Shown in pieces: positions 1 to 9,078 of a stretch of 64,000 nt of DNA. The DNA comes from a bacterium (GTDB taxonomy: Bacteria; Planctomycetota; UBA1135; UBA2386): contig JAUILN010000011.1 in the NCBI GenBank assembly GCA_030432695.1, positions 88,950 to 152,949 of the forward strand, written 5' to 3'. Both the position numbers and the translations under genes were made by a program. Each line of letters starts with the position of its first letter. Position 1 is the stretch's first letter. The notes under the pieces are model-generated. The model was not told the origin of the DNA. It saw nothing but the letters and a program-made list of their open reading frames with translations, and ran no database searches.

Positions 1-1
1 C

Positions 2-1276
2 CGGATTCAGGTCGAGGACCCGCGCGGTCCCCAGCGGCGTCCCGTCGGTGCGATGCAGCTCGACTCCGTACCGGTCGCTCTCGGCGACGAAGTACAGCGC
101 GCCCTGGTGTTCGACGAACCCGCGCCGCTGCGCGAACCGCCGCACGTCGCCGAGGTCGAGCAGGCGACGCGCGCTCGAGGCCGTCCCCGACGTCGCCCAC
201 AGCTCGACTCCTCCTCCCGGTGCATCCGCGAGGAACACCAGCTCTCGCCCGAGCGCCGCCGCGTTCTGCCACTCGCTACCGGCCGGCGGGTCGAAGGCGA
301 TCCGCGACACGATCTGCACCACCCCGGTCGCAGTGTCGATGCAGAACATCCGCAGCGCGCCCGACGCATCGCGGGCCCGGCAGTAGAGCAGGCCCGCGGC
401 GTAGACGAGATCCTCGGGTTCGGACCCGGATGCGCCTGGCACCAGCTCGACGAACAGCGCCGTCCCGCCGGCCGTGCCGTCGCTGCTCCAGATCTCGGCT
501 CCGTGCGTCGAGGTCGTCGCGCGGAACCATATGCGGCCACCGCCGATCACGAAGCCGTGCGGGTCGGAGCTTCCGGGCCCCGGCTCCAGGTCACCGACGA
601 GGACGGTGCCGGCCGTCGTGCCGTCGGTCGCCCACAGTTCGTTGCCCTGACTCCCATCGTTCGCCGGGAACCAGGCCCGCCCCGCGAACTCGAGGAACTG
701 GTTCTGCGTCGGGCCGGTGTAGAGCGAACCGGGATACGCAGGGTTCGGGTCGATCTGGCGCAGGGGTCTGGCGCTGCGATAGCTGCCGTCGGTGACCCAT
801 GGCTCGGGACCGGAGCCGTTCGGCATCGCCGAGAGCAGCACGAGGTTGCCGACCCGTCCTTCGAGCCGGACCAGGCCGATGTCCTCGGCGAGGAGCACCG
901 AGGGGGAACCATCTCCACGGCTCACCCGGACCTCGTCGCCTCCGGGGCTCGTCAGGTCGTAGTAGACATCGTCCCCGACGGTGACCAGCGACTCGGGTCG
1001 GCCGAAGATGGTCTGGTCGACCACGAAGGTCCCGGCCGCCGTGCCATCGCTCCGCACCACGGCTCCCACGGACGGGGCCATGGACGAGAAGGCCGAGACG
1101 TAGAAGCGCGTCGCGGCACGGACGGCATCGGCCGGACGCGAGGAGCCGACGAAGGGGTCTGGATCCTCCAGGTCGGCCAGCGGCCGCTGCGCCGCCACCG
1201 ACTGGAACAGGGAGATCGTCGCAAGCAGTCCCCACGCAACCGGCGCGGCAGCGAGGGACATGGTGAACTGAGGCAT
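2..1276 (-). CDS. ELWxxDGT-repeat secreted protein, C-terminus truncated by window edge
   Basis: The frame is open to the window start, so it is missing from the ORF track. Hand translation from ATG 1276 gives MPQFTMSLAAAPVAWGLLATISLFQSVAAQ (signal-like). This is followed by NELWATDGTTAGT, AEIWSSDGTAGGT, VELWATSGTASS and VELHRTDGTPLGT repeats like the paralogs at 3727-8777. Confidence 0.8.
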   Translation of the reverse strand, partial: MPQFTMSLAAAPVAWGLLATISLFQSVAAQRPLADLEDPDPFVGSSRPADAVRAATRFYVSAFSSMAPSVGAVVRSDGTAAGTFVVDQTIFGRPESLVTVGDDVYYDLTSPGGDEVRVSRGDGSPSVLLAEDIGLVRLEGRVGNLVLLSAMPNGSGPEPWVTDGSYRSARPLRQIDPNPAYPGSLYTGPTQNQFLEFAGRAWFPANDGSQGNELWATDGTTAGTVLVGDLEPGPGSSDPHGFVIGGGRIWFRATTSTHGAEIWSSDGTAGGTALFVELVPGASGSEPEDLVYAAGLLYCRARDASGALRMFCIDTATGVVQIVSRIAFDPPAGSEWQNAAALGRELVFLADAPGGGVELWATSGTASSARRLLDLGDVRRFAQRRGFVEHQGALYFVAESDRYGVELHRTDGTPLGTARVLDLNP

Positions 1277-1387
1277 GGCTGAGCGAGCGGTCGGCGGGCG
1301 CGGCGCTCCGAGGGCGGGAGGCGCGAGATGTCCGACCCAGTCTAGCCAAGGCCTCCTCGGCGGGTGGGGCCTCGGGGATACCCCCGC

Positions 1388-3457
1388 TCACCTCAGCCGC
1401 GCCGTCTCGGCCAGGACCACCACGTCGCCGAACAGGATCGCGACGCGGTTGCCCTCCGGCGAAGTCGCCACGGCCTGGATGATCGGCTGGCCGAGCGTCG
1501 ACCTCGGCAGCGGCACGTCCTCCGTATCGCCCGTACTCAGTGCGAGCCGCATCAGGCTGCGTTCGTCCCAGGTCAGGATCTCGTCGTCGGCGATCTGCAC
1601 GAGGCCGAGCAGGTCGGTTCCCGTGAAGTAGCGGGTGTCGAGTTGGAGGCTGTCCGGATCGACCCGGACCAGTCCCTTGGTGCCGACCCCACGATGGGCG
1701 AAGGTGATCAACAGATCACCGCTGACCCGTTCGCGCAGCGCGGCGCTCGGAGCTTCCTCGAGGCGCACCACGTCGGTCGCCTTGCCCTCGGGATCCAGCA
1801 CGACCAGATTGCCATCGATCCCGTTGAGCACCACGAACAGGCCGGGCGCCCGGACCGACTGCGACTGCGGTGTCACGGTGACGACCAGGGTGCGCCGGTC
1901 GTCGTGGAAGACCGCGATTGGGATGCCCTCGAGGAAGCTGCTGGTGACGTCGGGCCAGGTCCAGGTCTCCGTCGATCCTCCTCGCGGATCGAAGACCACG
2001 AGACGATTTGCGTCGTAGCTGACGCCGATCCGGTCCTCGTCGATCCGCAGCAGACGGAGCCGAAGGGGCGGATGGCGGCGGGATTCGACCGCGTCGAACG
2101 GAGTCTTGCCGTTGTGGTGCAGCAACCGTGGCAGCTCGGCGCCGCGGCTCGGCGCGCTGGACTCCGACGGCCCGGTGCTCACCGTGCGGGTCGCGGCACC
2201 CAGCGGTCGCCGCGCTGCCGCGTGCAGCATCTCGACCCCGTCCTGCGAACCGAGACACAGCTCCGGCCCGACGAGACCGGTCCCGACCGAATGGCGACCG
2301 TGCCGGACCAGCACCGGAGTCCGCTCCGACTGGCGCGTGTCGAACACCGCGAGTCCCGCATCGCCGGCAACGCCGAGGTAGCGACCGTCGGGTGACCAGG
2401 CGACCTGATCGAAGGTTCCTCCGGGATGCGGCACGCGCTCGGCGGCGTCGCCTCGGACCCAGAACACGCCGGGGCGATCGGTCGCGGCCAGGAACTCGCC
2501 GCCGCCGAGCCCGAGCACCCAGCGAGGCGGTCTCCCCTCGAGCCCGAGCGCAATGGGCCCGGCAGGAGACTCGATGCGAAGCAGTGGGGTGACGAGATCG
2601 AACCACGCGATCCGGGTGCCGGAGACCGCGGCATCGGCGAGCACCGGACCCCGGAAGTCGAACGCGGTGCGGTCGAAGCCGCGGTCCACCCACAGCGTCG
2701 TCGCAGAGCGGAGCACGTGCCGCTCCTCGAGCACCACCTCGGTGCCGTCACCGAGGCGACCGACCCACTCCTGGTCCTCGGTCTGCAGGGGCGCGGCGAG
2801 CGGATCGTCGAGCGCGAGCGAGAACGAACTCCCGGCGAGCAGGTCCCAGCGCACGGTCGTCGCGTCCGGCTGCGCGAACGAACCGACTCCTTCAGGAATC
2901 GTATGCCGCACGTCGACCGGCAGATCGCCGTCTTCGATGTACCGCGCGAGCACCAGGCCCCCGTTCTGCTCGACCCACACGACCGAGTCGCCGTCCCGCG
3001 AGAAGAGGACCGCGCGTGGCATGCCCGGCGATCGCAGGCGCGGCTCGCTGTCGGGATCGAGGAGGTCCAGCTCGAAGACGCCGGTCCGGCGGTCGTCCGG
3101 CGCGGAGCGGACCAGCAGCGCCCGATCCCCGCGGGGATGGAGTGCGACCGTGAAGCGACCGACGAGGTGCGCCTCGAGGTCGACGGTGCCCGGGTCCTTG
3201 GCGGTCCGCGGGCCGTGGGGCCAGGAGCGTAGCGGTCGCCGGTCGGCCACGTCCCAGAGCGTGAGACCGCCGCGGCGAGTCGCGGTGGCATGGGTCCAGG
3301 TCAGGACCCGCGCGCCGTCGGCAGTGACCGCGGCACCATCCGGGCTGCCGAGCTGCGGATCGAGGAAGGCGAAGCCGCGCGCCTGGGCGAGGAGGGCCGG
3401 AGCGGGAAGCATCCACGCAGTGGACAGTGCGACGACGAGGCAGCGAAGCACGTGCAT
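1388..3457 (-). CDS. Secreted PD40/WD40-like beta-propeller repeat protein
   Basis: ORF 1388..3547 trimmed to the internal Met, giving MHVLRCLVVALSTAWMLPAPALLAQA (signal-like). Blade-like motifs are LTLWDVADRRPL and VAWSPDGRYLGVAGDAGLAVFD. Composition is protein-like throughout. Confidence 0.65.
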   Translation of the reverse strand: MHVLRCLVVALSTAWMLPAPALLAQARGFAFLDPQLGSPDGAAVTADGARVLTWTHATATRRGGLTLWDVADRRPLRSWPHGPRTAKDPGTVDLEAHLVGRFTVALHPRGDRALLVRSAPDDRRTGVFELDLLDPDSEPRLRSPGMPRAVLFSRDGDSVVWVEQNGGLVLARYIEDGDLPVDVRHTIPEGVGSFAQPDATTVRWDLLAGSSFSLALDDPLAAPLQTEDQEWVGRLGDGTEVVLEERHVLRSATTLWVDRGFDRTAFDFRGPVLADAAVSGTRIAWFDLVTPLLRIESPAGPIALGLEGRPPRWVLGLGGGEFLAATDRPGVFWVRGDAAERVPHPGGTFDQVAWSPDGRYLGVAGDAGLAVFDTRQSERTPVLVRHGRHSVGTGLVGPELCLGSQDGVEMLHAAARRPLGAATRTVSTGPSESSAPSRGAELPRLLHHNGKTPFDAVESRRHPPLRLRLLRIDEDRIGVSYDANRLVVFDPRGGSTETWTWPDVTSSFLEGIPIAVFHDDRRTLVVTVTPQSQSVRAPGLFVVLNGIDGNLVVLDPEGKATDVVRLEEAPSAALRERVSGDLLITFAHRGVGTKGLVRVDPDSLQLDTRYFTGTDLLGLVQIADDEILTWDERSLMRLALSTGDTEDVPLPRSTLGQPIIQAVATSPEGNRVAILFGDVVVLAETARLR

Positions 3458-3726
3458 GGCGTGGCGGGACGGGTGAGTCGTGCCTGGAACTCCGGGCCCG
3501 GGGAATCGCCCGAAGGACCTGCTCGACATCGGCTGGTGTATCTGCACGTGACACTCCGGGAAGGCGCGGGCGATCCGGGCGCGGGGTCGACGACGAGCCT
3601 GGTCCTGAACGCGGTGCCGTCGGTGCGCCGGATCGCGCGGTCGAGTGGCGGGTCGGCCGCCGCGACAGCGAATCGTGCCGGACCGGGTTCACCGGCCGGC
3701 CGAGCCCCCTCCCCACCCGGCCTGGT

Positions 3727-6700
3727 TCAGCGGCCGAGCAACACCTGCAGGCCGTCGCTCAGCGCGACCACTCCCAGGACCGGTCCACCGGGGTCGGTCA
3801 CGGCCCACTGGAAGTCGACCTCTCGCCCGAGCATCTCCGGCATCGCCGGGATCGGTAGCGGCACCCACCCTTCACCCGCCGCATCGCTCCGCACGGCGAA
3901 CGCCACCTGGGGATCCGTGACCAGGATCGTGCATCGACCGAGCTGCTGACGCGCCGGAGTGAAGCCGAACAGCAGCGCGGCATCCGCCCGCGGCGGGGCT
4001 TCCGAAAGCGTCACGACCAACGAACTCCCCAAGCGGGGCTGGCTGAATGCGCCGATCTCCGGTGCCACGAGCCCGCGGCCACAGGGGTCTCCGTAGTTCG
4101 AAGCCAACGGCACTCCGAGGTCGCCGACATCGAAGGCCCACGGCTCCACTCCGTGCACGCCGTCCTCCGCCGCGAACAGCACCTTCCGACCGGCCACGGT
4201 GAAGCGCACCGGCGCAGACTCGCCCTCGGCGCGCAGGTCGAAGAGCCGCCGCGTTCCGACCTCCGTCCCGTCCGAGATCCACGTCTCGAGTTCACCGTCG
4301 GGCCCACGCGCCGCGAAGACCACGCTGCCTCCGGTGCCGACCGGAGCGATCGACTCGGCGGCGGAATGGGGAATCGAATCCAGGGCACCGGGTCGGATGT
4401 CCTTGACCAGGTAGGTGCCGGCCGGCGTGCCATCGCTGGTCCACAGCTCGTTGCCGTGCTCGCGGTCGTCGAGCGCGAAGTAGGCGCGCGGGCCCGCGGC
4501 GACCATGCCGGCACCGAGGGCCGGACTGAAACCACCGGGAGCGATGTCGGCGAGTCGCGTCGTCCCCGCGACCGTGCCGTCGGTCGCCCACAACTCCGTT
4601 CCGACCTGACCGTCGTTCGCCCAGAACAGCACCCGAGGACCGATCCGCACGAACCGCTCGGGCGCGGAGCTCGCCGGGAATCCCGGCGAGATGTCCTCCG
4701 GACGCAGGTCGACGAGCATCCGGGTTCCTGAGGCCGTGCCGTCGGTCACCCAGAGTTCGCGCCCGTGCATCGCATCGGTGGCGGCGAACAACAGCACCTC
4801 GCCCAGTCTCGTCCATTCGGCAGGTGACGAATGGCTGGTCGGATGGATCTCCAGCAGCCGGTACGTGCCGGCCGCGGTGCCGTCGCTGACCCAGGGCTCC
4901 GAGTCGCTGCGGATCTGGGCGCCCGTGGCAGCGAAGTAGAGGCGGTCACGGAAGCGAACGATCCGCGGACCGACGAAGCCGATGTTCGCCAGCAGATAGG
5001 TGGTCGATCCGGTGTGATCGTCCGACTTCCAGAGCCCGGAGTAGGCCGAGCCGTGCTGGCCGACGGCGAACAGGACGGACCCGCCGAGCGGAATGAAGCC
5101 GTGCGGATAGGAATCTCCGGGCAGCAGGTCCAGACATCGGGTCCCTTCCGGCGTGCCATCGGTGACCCAGGGCTCCCGCCCGAACTGCGTATGGTCACCG
5201 ACGATCCAGGCGCGATCGCCGATCCAACGTCCGGTCCTCAGGCTCGCGTGGGGGACGAAGCTGGCGCCGAGCCCTGTCAATGCGAAGGTGCCGGAGGGGG
5301 TCCCGTCGGTGCGCCACAGCCAGGTTCCGAGCGCCTGCCCCCGCGATGCGGAGAACAGGCCGGGCGCGTTCGGCTCGAACGCCGGGTCCGAGGATCGGGT
5401 CTGTCGTGAGACCGCGAGGTCGGCGACCAGGTGCGTGCCCGAGGAGCTGCCGTCGCTACTCCACAGCTCTTGGCCAGTGACGCCGTCGTCCCCATTGAAC
5501 AGCACGCGACCGGCGTGCACGCCCAGCAGACCGTGCGCACCATAGCCCGGACCGGGCGCGAGATCGGTCACCCGCCCCGTCCCCTGGCTGGTGCCATCGG
5601 TTCGATACACCTCGGCACCGGTGTCCGCCGACACGGCGACGAACCAGACCTCGTTGCCGACCGTGAGGAAGGAGTACGGCACCGAGCCTGCCGATCCCGG
5701 TTGGAGGTCGGCGAGCAGCCGGGCCGTCGCAGGGTTCCCGTCGGTGATCCAGGGTTCGATGTTGCCAAACCCACCACCGCCCCGGAACACGAGCTGGTTG
5801 CCGAGAGCCGCCATGACCCGCGGCATGCCATCCCGGAACGGCCCGCCGGACGACGCGCCCGCGCGGACATCCGCGGCGATCGAGGTGCCGGCCGGCGTGC
5901 CGTCCGAACTCCAGATCTCGTCGCCGTAGCGGCTGGTCCGCGCCTCGAAGAACAGGCGCGCACCCACCGAGACGAAGCGGATCGGGTCGGATCCCACGGC
6001 ACCGGGCTCCACGTCGGCGACCAGTCTCGTACCGGCCGCGGAGCCGTCGCTCCGGTAGAGCTCTCGGCCCGTGGCTACGGGCGCCGCTGCGAACCAGACC
6101 TCCCCGGCGTGCGCGAACAGCTCGGTGGGTGAAGATCCCTGCACACCGGGTTGCACGTCCGCGACCCGCCAGGAGCCCGCTGCGGTGCCGTCGGTTCGCC
6201 ACAGCTCGTAGTCGGTCGCCGCGTCGCACGCGGTGAAGTAGACGATGCCGTCCAGATCGACGGCGTGGTCGGTCTCCGCGAGCGAACTGCCGACGCCCGG
6301 GAACAGGTCCGCGATGCGGTGGGTGTTGGCGGGGGTGCCGTCGGTGATCCACGGCTCGTAGCCACATGCCGCGTCCCAGCCGCGGAACACCAGCCGGGTG
6401 CCGAGCGCCGCGAGCAGGAGGCCGCGGGTCCGCTCCGGCCAGGCGAAGAGCCGGACCGGTGGCTGGCCGCTGCTCGGCGCGATCCACAGTTCGGGCCGGG
6501 ACTCCTCGTTCAGGAACGAGAAGTAGACGTCGTCTCCGGCCACGACCACTTCCTGGAACGCCGTATCCGCCGGTCCGGGCCAACCATCCGTCACGCGTCG
6601 CGTTCCAAGAGACGTCCCGTCCGAACTCCAGAGTTCGAGTCCGCTCGCCGGAGTGTCGGCCCAGAAGAACGTCCGCGTTGCGCCGGCAATGGGATCGCGC

Positions 6701-6840
6701 GGACTCGAGCCGAGCCGCAGGTCCTGCACCGTGTTGATGTCGATCAGCAGTTGCTGAGCCGCGGCGCAGGGAACGAGGACGAGGCTGGCCAGCAGTGCGA
6801 TCGAAGCAGACGCGGCTCGGTGGGTGAACATGTTCGACAT
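3727..6840 (-). CDS. ELWxxDGT-repeat secreted protein (about 16 repeats) with conserved C-terminal module
   Basis: ORF 3727..7263 trimmed to ATG 6840 (MSNMFTHRAASASIALLASLVLVPCAAAQ), with GGGAG just upstream. The upstream extension is Arg/Gly-rich and overlaps the next gene. Repeats include LELWSSDGTSLGT, YELWRTDGTAAGS, DEIWSSDGTPAGT, RELWVTDGTASGT and NELWTSDGTPAGT. Confidence 0.9.
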   Translation of the reverse strand: MSNMFTHRAASASIALLASLVLVPCAAAQQLLIDINTVQDLRLGSSPRDPIAGATRTFFWADTPASGLELWSSDGTSLGTRRVTDGWPGPADTAFQEVVVAGDDVYFSFLNEESRPELWIAPSSGQPPVRLFAWPERTRGLLLAALGTRLVFRGWDAACGYEPWITDGTPANTHRIADLFPGVGSSLAETDHAVDLDGIVYFTACDAATDYELWRTDGTAAGSWRVADVQPGVQGSSPTELFAHAGEVWFAAAPVATGRELYRSDGSAAGTRLVADVEPGAVGSDPIRFVSVGARLFFEARTSRYGDEIWSSDGTPAGTSIAADVRAGASSGGPFRDGMPRVMAALGNQLVFRGGGGFGNIEPWITDGNPATARLLADLQPGSAGSVPYSFLTVGNEVWFVAVSADTGAEVYRTDGTSQGTGRVTDLAPGPGYGAHGLLGVHAGRVLFNGDDGVTGQELWSSDGSSSGTHLVADLAVSRQTRSSDPAFEPNAPGLFSASRGQALGTWLWRTDGTPSGTFALTGLGASFVPHASLRTGRWIGDRAWIVGDHTQFGREPWVTDGTPEGTRCLDLLPGDSYPHGFIPLGGSVLFAVGQHGSAYSGLWKSDDHTGSTTYLLANIGFVGPRIVRFRDRLYFAATGAQIRSDSEPWVSDGTAAGTYRLLEIHPTSHSSPAEWTRLGEVLLFAATDAMHGRELWVTDGTASGTRMLVDLRPEDISPGFPASSAPERFVRIGPRVLFWANDGQVGTELWATDGTVAGTTRLADIAPGGFSPALGAGMVAAGPRAYFALDDREHGNELWTSDGTPAGTYLVKDIRPGALDSIPHSAAESIAPVGTGGSVVFAARGPDGELETWISDGTEVGTRRLFDLRAEGESAPVRFTVAGRKVLFAAEDGVHGVEPWAFDVGDLGVPLASNYGDPCGRGLVAPEIGAFSQPRLGSSLVVTLSEAPPRADAALLFGFTPARQQLGRCTILVTDPQVAFAVRSDAAGEGWVPLPIPAMPEMLGREVDFQWAVTDPGGPVLGVVALSDGLQVLLGR

Positions 6841-6977
6841 CGCTCCCTTCACTCGACGACCGCTCCCGAGGCGGCCGCGAAGTTGTACGGCAATGTCGCG
6901 CCGCCTCCGAGCCCCGGCCGCTGAGCGATCGCGCGCCGATGTCGATCGAGCCGAATCCAAGAGGCGGCCGCGGCAGA

Positions 6978-8777
6978 TCAGCCGCCGAGCACTACCTGCA
7001 GGCCGTCGCTCAACGCGACCACGCCGAGGACCGGGCCGCCCGGCTGGTCGAGGATCCATTGGAAGTCGATCTCGACGCCGACGAGGGCCGGCACCTGCGG
7101 GATCGACAGGTTCTGCGCCGCCTGACCGTTGAAGAGCGTGACCGTGACACCGAACACGTCCGGCGACTCCAACAGGATGCCGCAGGCACCGAAGCCGGGG
7201 TCGGCCTTGGCCTGCCCCCAGAGCAGCACGGCCGGACGATTCGCCGGCGCATCGTTGACCCATACCGACAGGAATCCGCCCGCGCGCGGCGGCGAGCGTG
7301 ACTCGATGCGCGGACCGGCCGGACCGTCACCGCCGCAGCCAGCACCGTAGGTCTGCGCCAACGGCTGGCCGAGGTCGGCGACGTCGAGGATCCACGGCTC
7401 GCGGCCGCGCACGCCATCGTCGGCACCGAACAGGACCTTGCGCTCCCACACCGCGAAGCCACCGTCCGCGCCCGGGTTCGACGAGCCGGCCGGATTCAGG
7501 TCGGCGAGCCGCCGCGTGCCGGCGATGGTGCCGTCGGAGATCCACGGTTCGCGATCCCCAGCGGCGTCGGCGGCTTCGAAGACCACGAGCCCGTCACTGC
7601 CGACCGGCGCGAGCACGCCGGCCAGGCGGCGGATCGAACCCTGTCGCCCGACCACCAGGTCCTGCACCATCCGGGTGCCGAACGCCGTGCCGTCGCTGGT
7701 CCAGAGTTCATGACCATGCACGCCGTCGTCCTGCACGAAGAACAGGCGCGAACCCGACGCGACGATCTGCAGCACCGCGTCGAACGGGCCCATCGGCCCC
7801 GGCACGGTGTCCGCCACCAACCGCGTGCCCGCCTCGGTGCCGTCGCTCACCCAGAGCTCGCGGCCCGCCACCCGCTCGCTGGCGAAGAAGTAGACGCTGT
7901 CGCGGACCGCGACGAGGCCGGCAGGCGTCGAGGAGTTGGCCTGGCCACGGATCGGATCGCGACCCGGGTTGATGTCCTTCACCAACCGCGTGCCGCTCTC
8001 GGTGCCGTCGGTGCACCACAGCTCGAAGCCGGTCGCCTCCTGGAAGGCACGGAAGAACACCTTGTCGCCGGCGCGGGTGAGCAGCTCGGCCGGGCTGGGG
8101 GCCCCCGGCTCCATTTCGACCAGCCGTCGCGTGCCGGCCAGCGTGCCGTCGCTGACCCACAGTCCGCCGCCGAACGGCGCGACCGGATCCGTGGCGGCGA
8201 ACAACACCTTGTCGCCGAGCCGCACCAGACCACCGAAGACCTGCTGCATCGTCGCCAGTGGCCGCGTGCCGGTGAGCGTGCCGTCGGTGCGCCACAGGAT
8301 CGGCACGACCGGACTCGCCGCGGAGCGCCCCACGAACAGGACCACACCGTTCAGCCCCACGAACTCGCCGGGCGCGGCACCTTGGGGTCCCGGGATCAGG
8401 TCGAAGGTGTGCAGGTTCGTTCCATCGAACCGATACAGCTCGCGACCGCGGACACCGTCGTCGGCGTTGAACCAGACGTCGTTGCCGACGCGGAAGAACC
8501 GGGACGGATCGGAGCTGGCGGCGCCTGCCGCGAGGTCGGCGAGCAGACGGGTGCCCGCAGGAGTGCCGTCGGTGAGGAACGGCTCACGGCCGGTCGCCGG
8601 AGTCGTCGCCGAGAACAGCGGGCCGCTGTCTGCGGCGAACTGCGGCGCGGAGCCCTCGGCAGGGGCCGGCACGAGGTCGGCGAGCAGGGACTGGGCGGGA
8701 AGGACGGCGCCGAGCAGGCTGGCGAGCAGCGGGCTCGCGGCGAGGGTCGTGGGCGTGCGAGGGCAGGTGTTGGTCAT
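6978..8777 (-). CDS. ELWxxDGT-repeat secreted protein (about 8 repeats) with conserved C-terminal module
   Basis: The N-terminus MTNTCPRTPTTLAASPLLASLLGAVLPAQS is signal-like. Repeats include REPFLTDGTPAGT, FELWCTDGTESGT, RELWVSDGTEAGT and HELWTSDGTAFGT. The C-terminal ...EIDFQWILDQPGGPVLGVVALSDGLQVVLGG is nearly identical to the end of the 3727-6840 protein. Confidence 0.9.
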   Translation of the reverse strand: MTNTCPRTPTTLAASPLLASLLGAVLPAQSLLADLVPAPAEGSAPQFAADSGPLFSATTPATGREPFLTDGTPAGTRLLADLAAGAASSDPSRFFRVGNDVWFNADDGVRGRELYRFDGTNLHTFDLIPGPQGAAPGEFVGLNGVVLFVGRSAASPVVPILWRTDGTLTGTRPLATMQQVFGGLVRLGDKVLFAATDPVAPFGGGLWVSDGTLAGTRRLVEMEPGAPSPAELLTRAGDKVFFRAFQEATGFELWCTDGTESGTRLVKDINPGRDPIRGQANSSTPAGLVAVRDSVYFFASERVAGRELWVSDGTEAGTRLVADTVPGPMGPFDAVLQIVASGSRLFFVQDDGVHGHELWTSDGTAFGTRMVQDLVVGRQGSIRRLAGVLAPVGSDGLVVFEAADAAGDREPWISDGTIAGTRRLADLNPAGSSNPGADGGFAVWERKVLFGADDGVRGREPWILDVADLGQPLAQTYGAGCGGDGPAGPRIESRSPPRAGGFLSVWVNDAPANRPAVLLWGQAKADPGFGACGILLESPDVFGVTVTLFNGQAAQNLSIPQVPALVGVEIDFQWILDQPGGPVLGVVALSDGLQVVLGG

Positions 8778-9078
8778 GGTCGCTCTGCGGAACGGACACG
8801 GGGGCAGGCCGGAGGTTCGAACCCCACCGACCGCAGCGAGTGTCCGGACCGGGAGCGTGAGGGTGCAATCCTCAGCGCTTTCTGCACGATCAAGCGCTCT
8901 GCGGAGGTGCGCAACCGGGGAGCGATGCTCTGGGTCTGGAACGGCGCGGTCCCCTCCGCGGCTGAACCGATCCGTCCCGCCCCCGCGACTCGGCGCCGGG
9001 GCGACGGCAGGCCGCGGCCCGACGGCGCCCCGGGCATACTCGCCGGCGAGAGCCGAGCTGACGAATCATCGCCGGGAG

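Noticed and set aside
53-1391. Long track ORFs 53..1282 (+, 409 aa) and 591..1391 (-, 266 aa) over the first 1.3 kb
   Set aside because: The translations are Arg/Gly/Pro-rich and low-complexity, as expected for off-frame reading of high-GC DNA. A different minus-strand frame, open to the window edge, encodes clean ELWxxDGT repeats with a signal peptide.
6841-7263. N-terminal 141-aa extension of ORF 3727..7263
   Set aside because: The extension (MGQRCAGESSGRAALGAGQGRPRLR...) is not protein-like and overlaps the 3' end of the next gene. The internal ATG at 6840 has an RBS and yields a proper signal peptide.
8806-8835. tRNA-like GGTTCGAACC T-loop motif (8814-8823) upstream of the ELW gene
   Set aside because: On neither strand could I pair a 5-bp T-stem cleanly or find a matching 7-bp acceptor stem. 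It lies 25-50 nt upstream of the ATG at 8777, so it is most likely just 5' leader sequence. The short complementary segments nearby (GGACAC/GTGTCC, CGCTGCGG/CCGCAGAGCG) are too short to call a structure.
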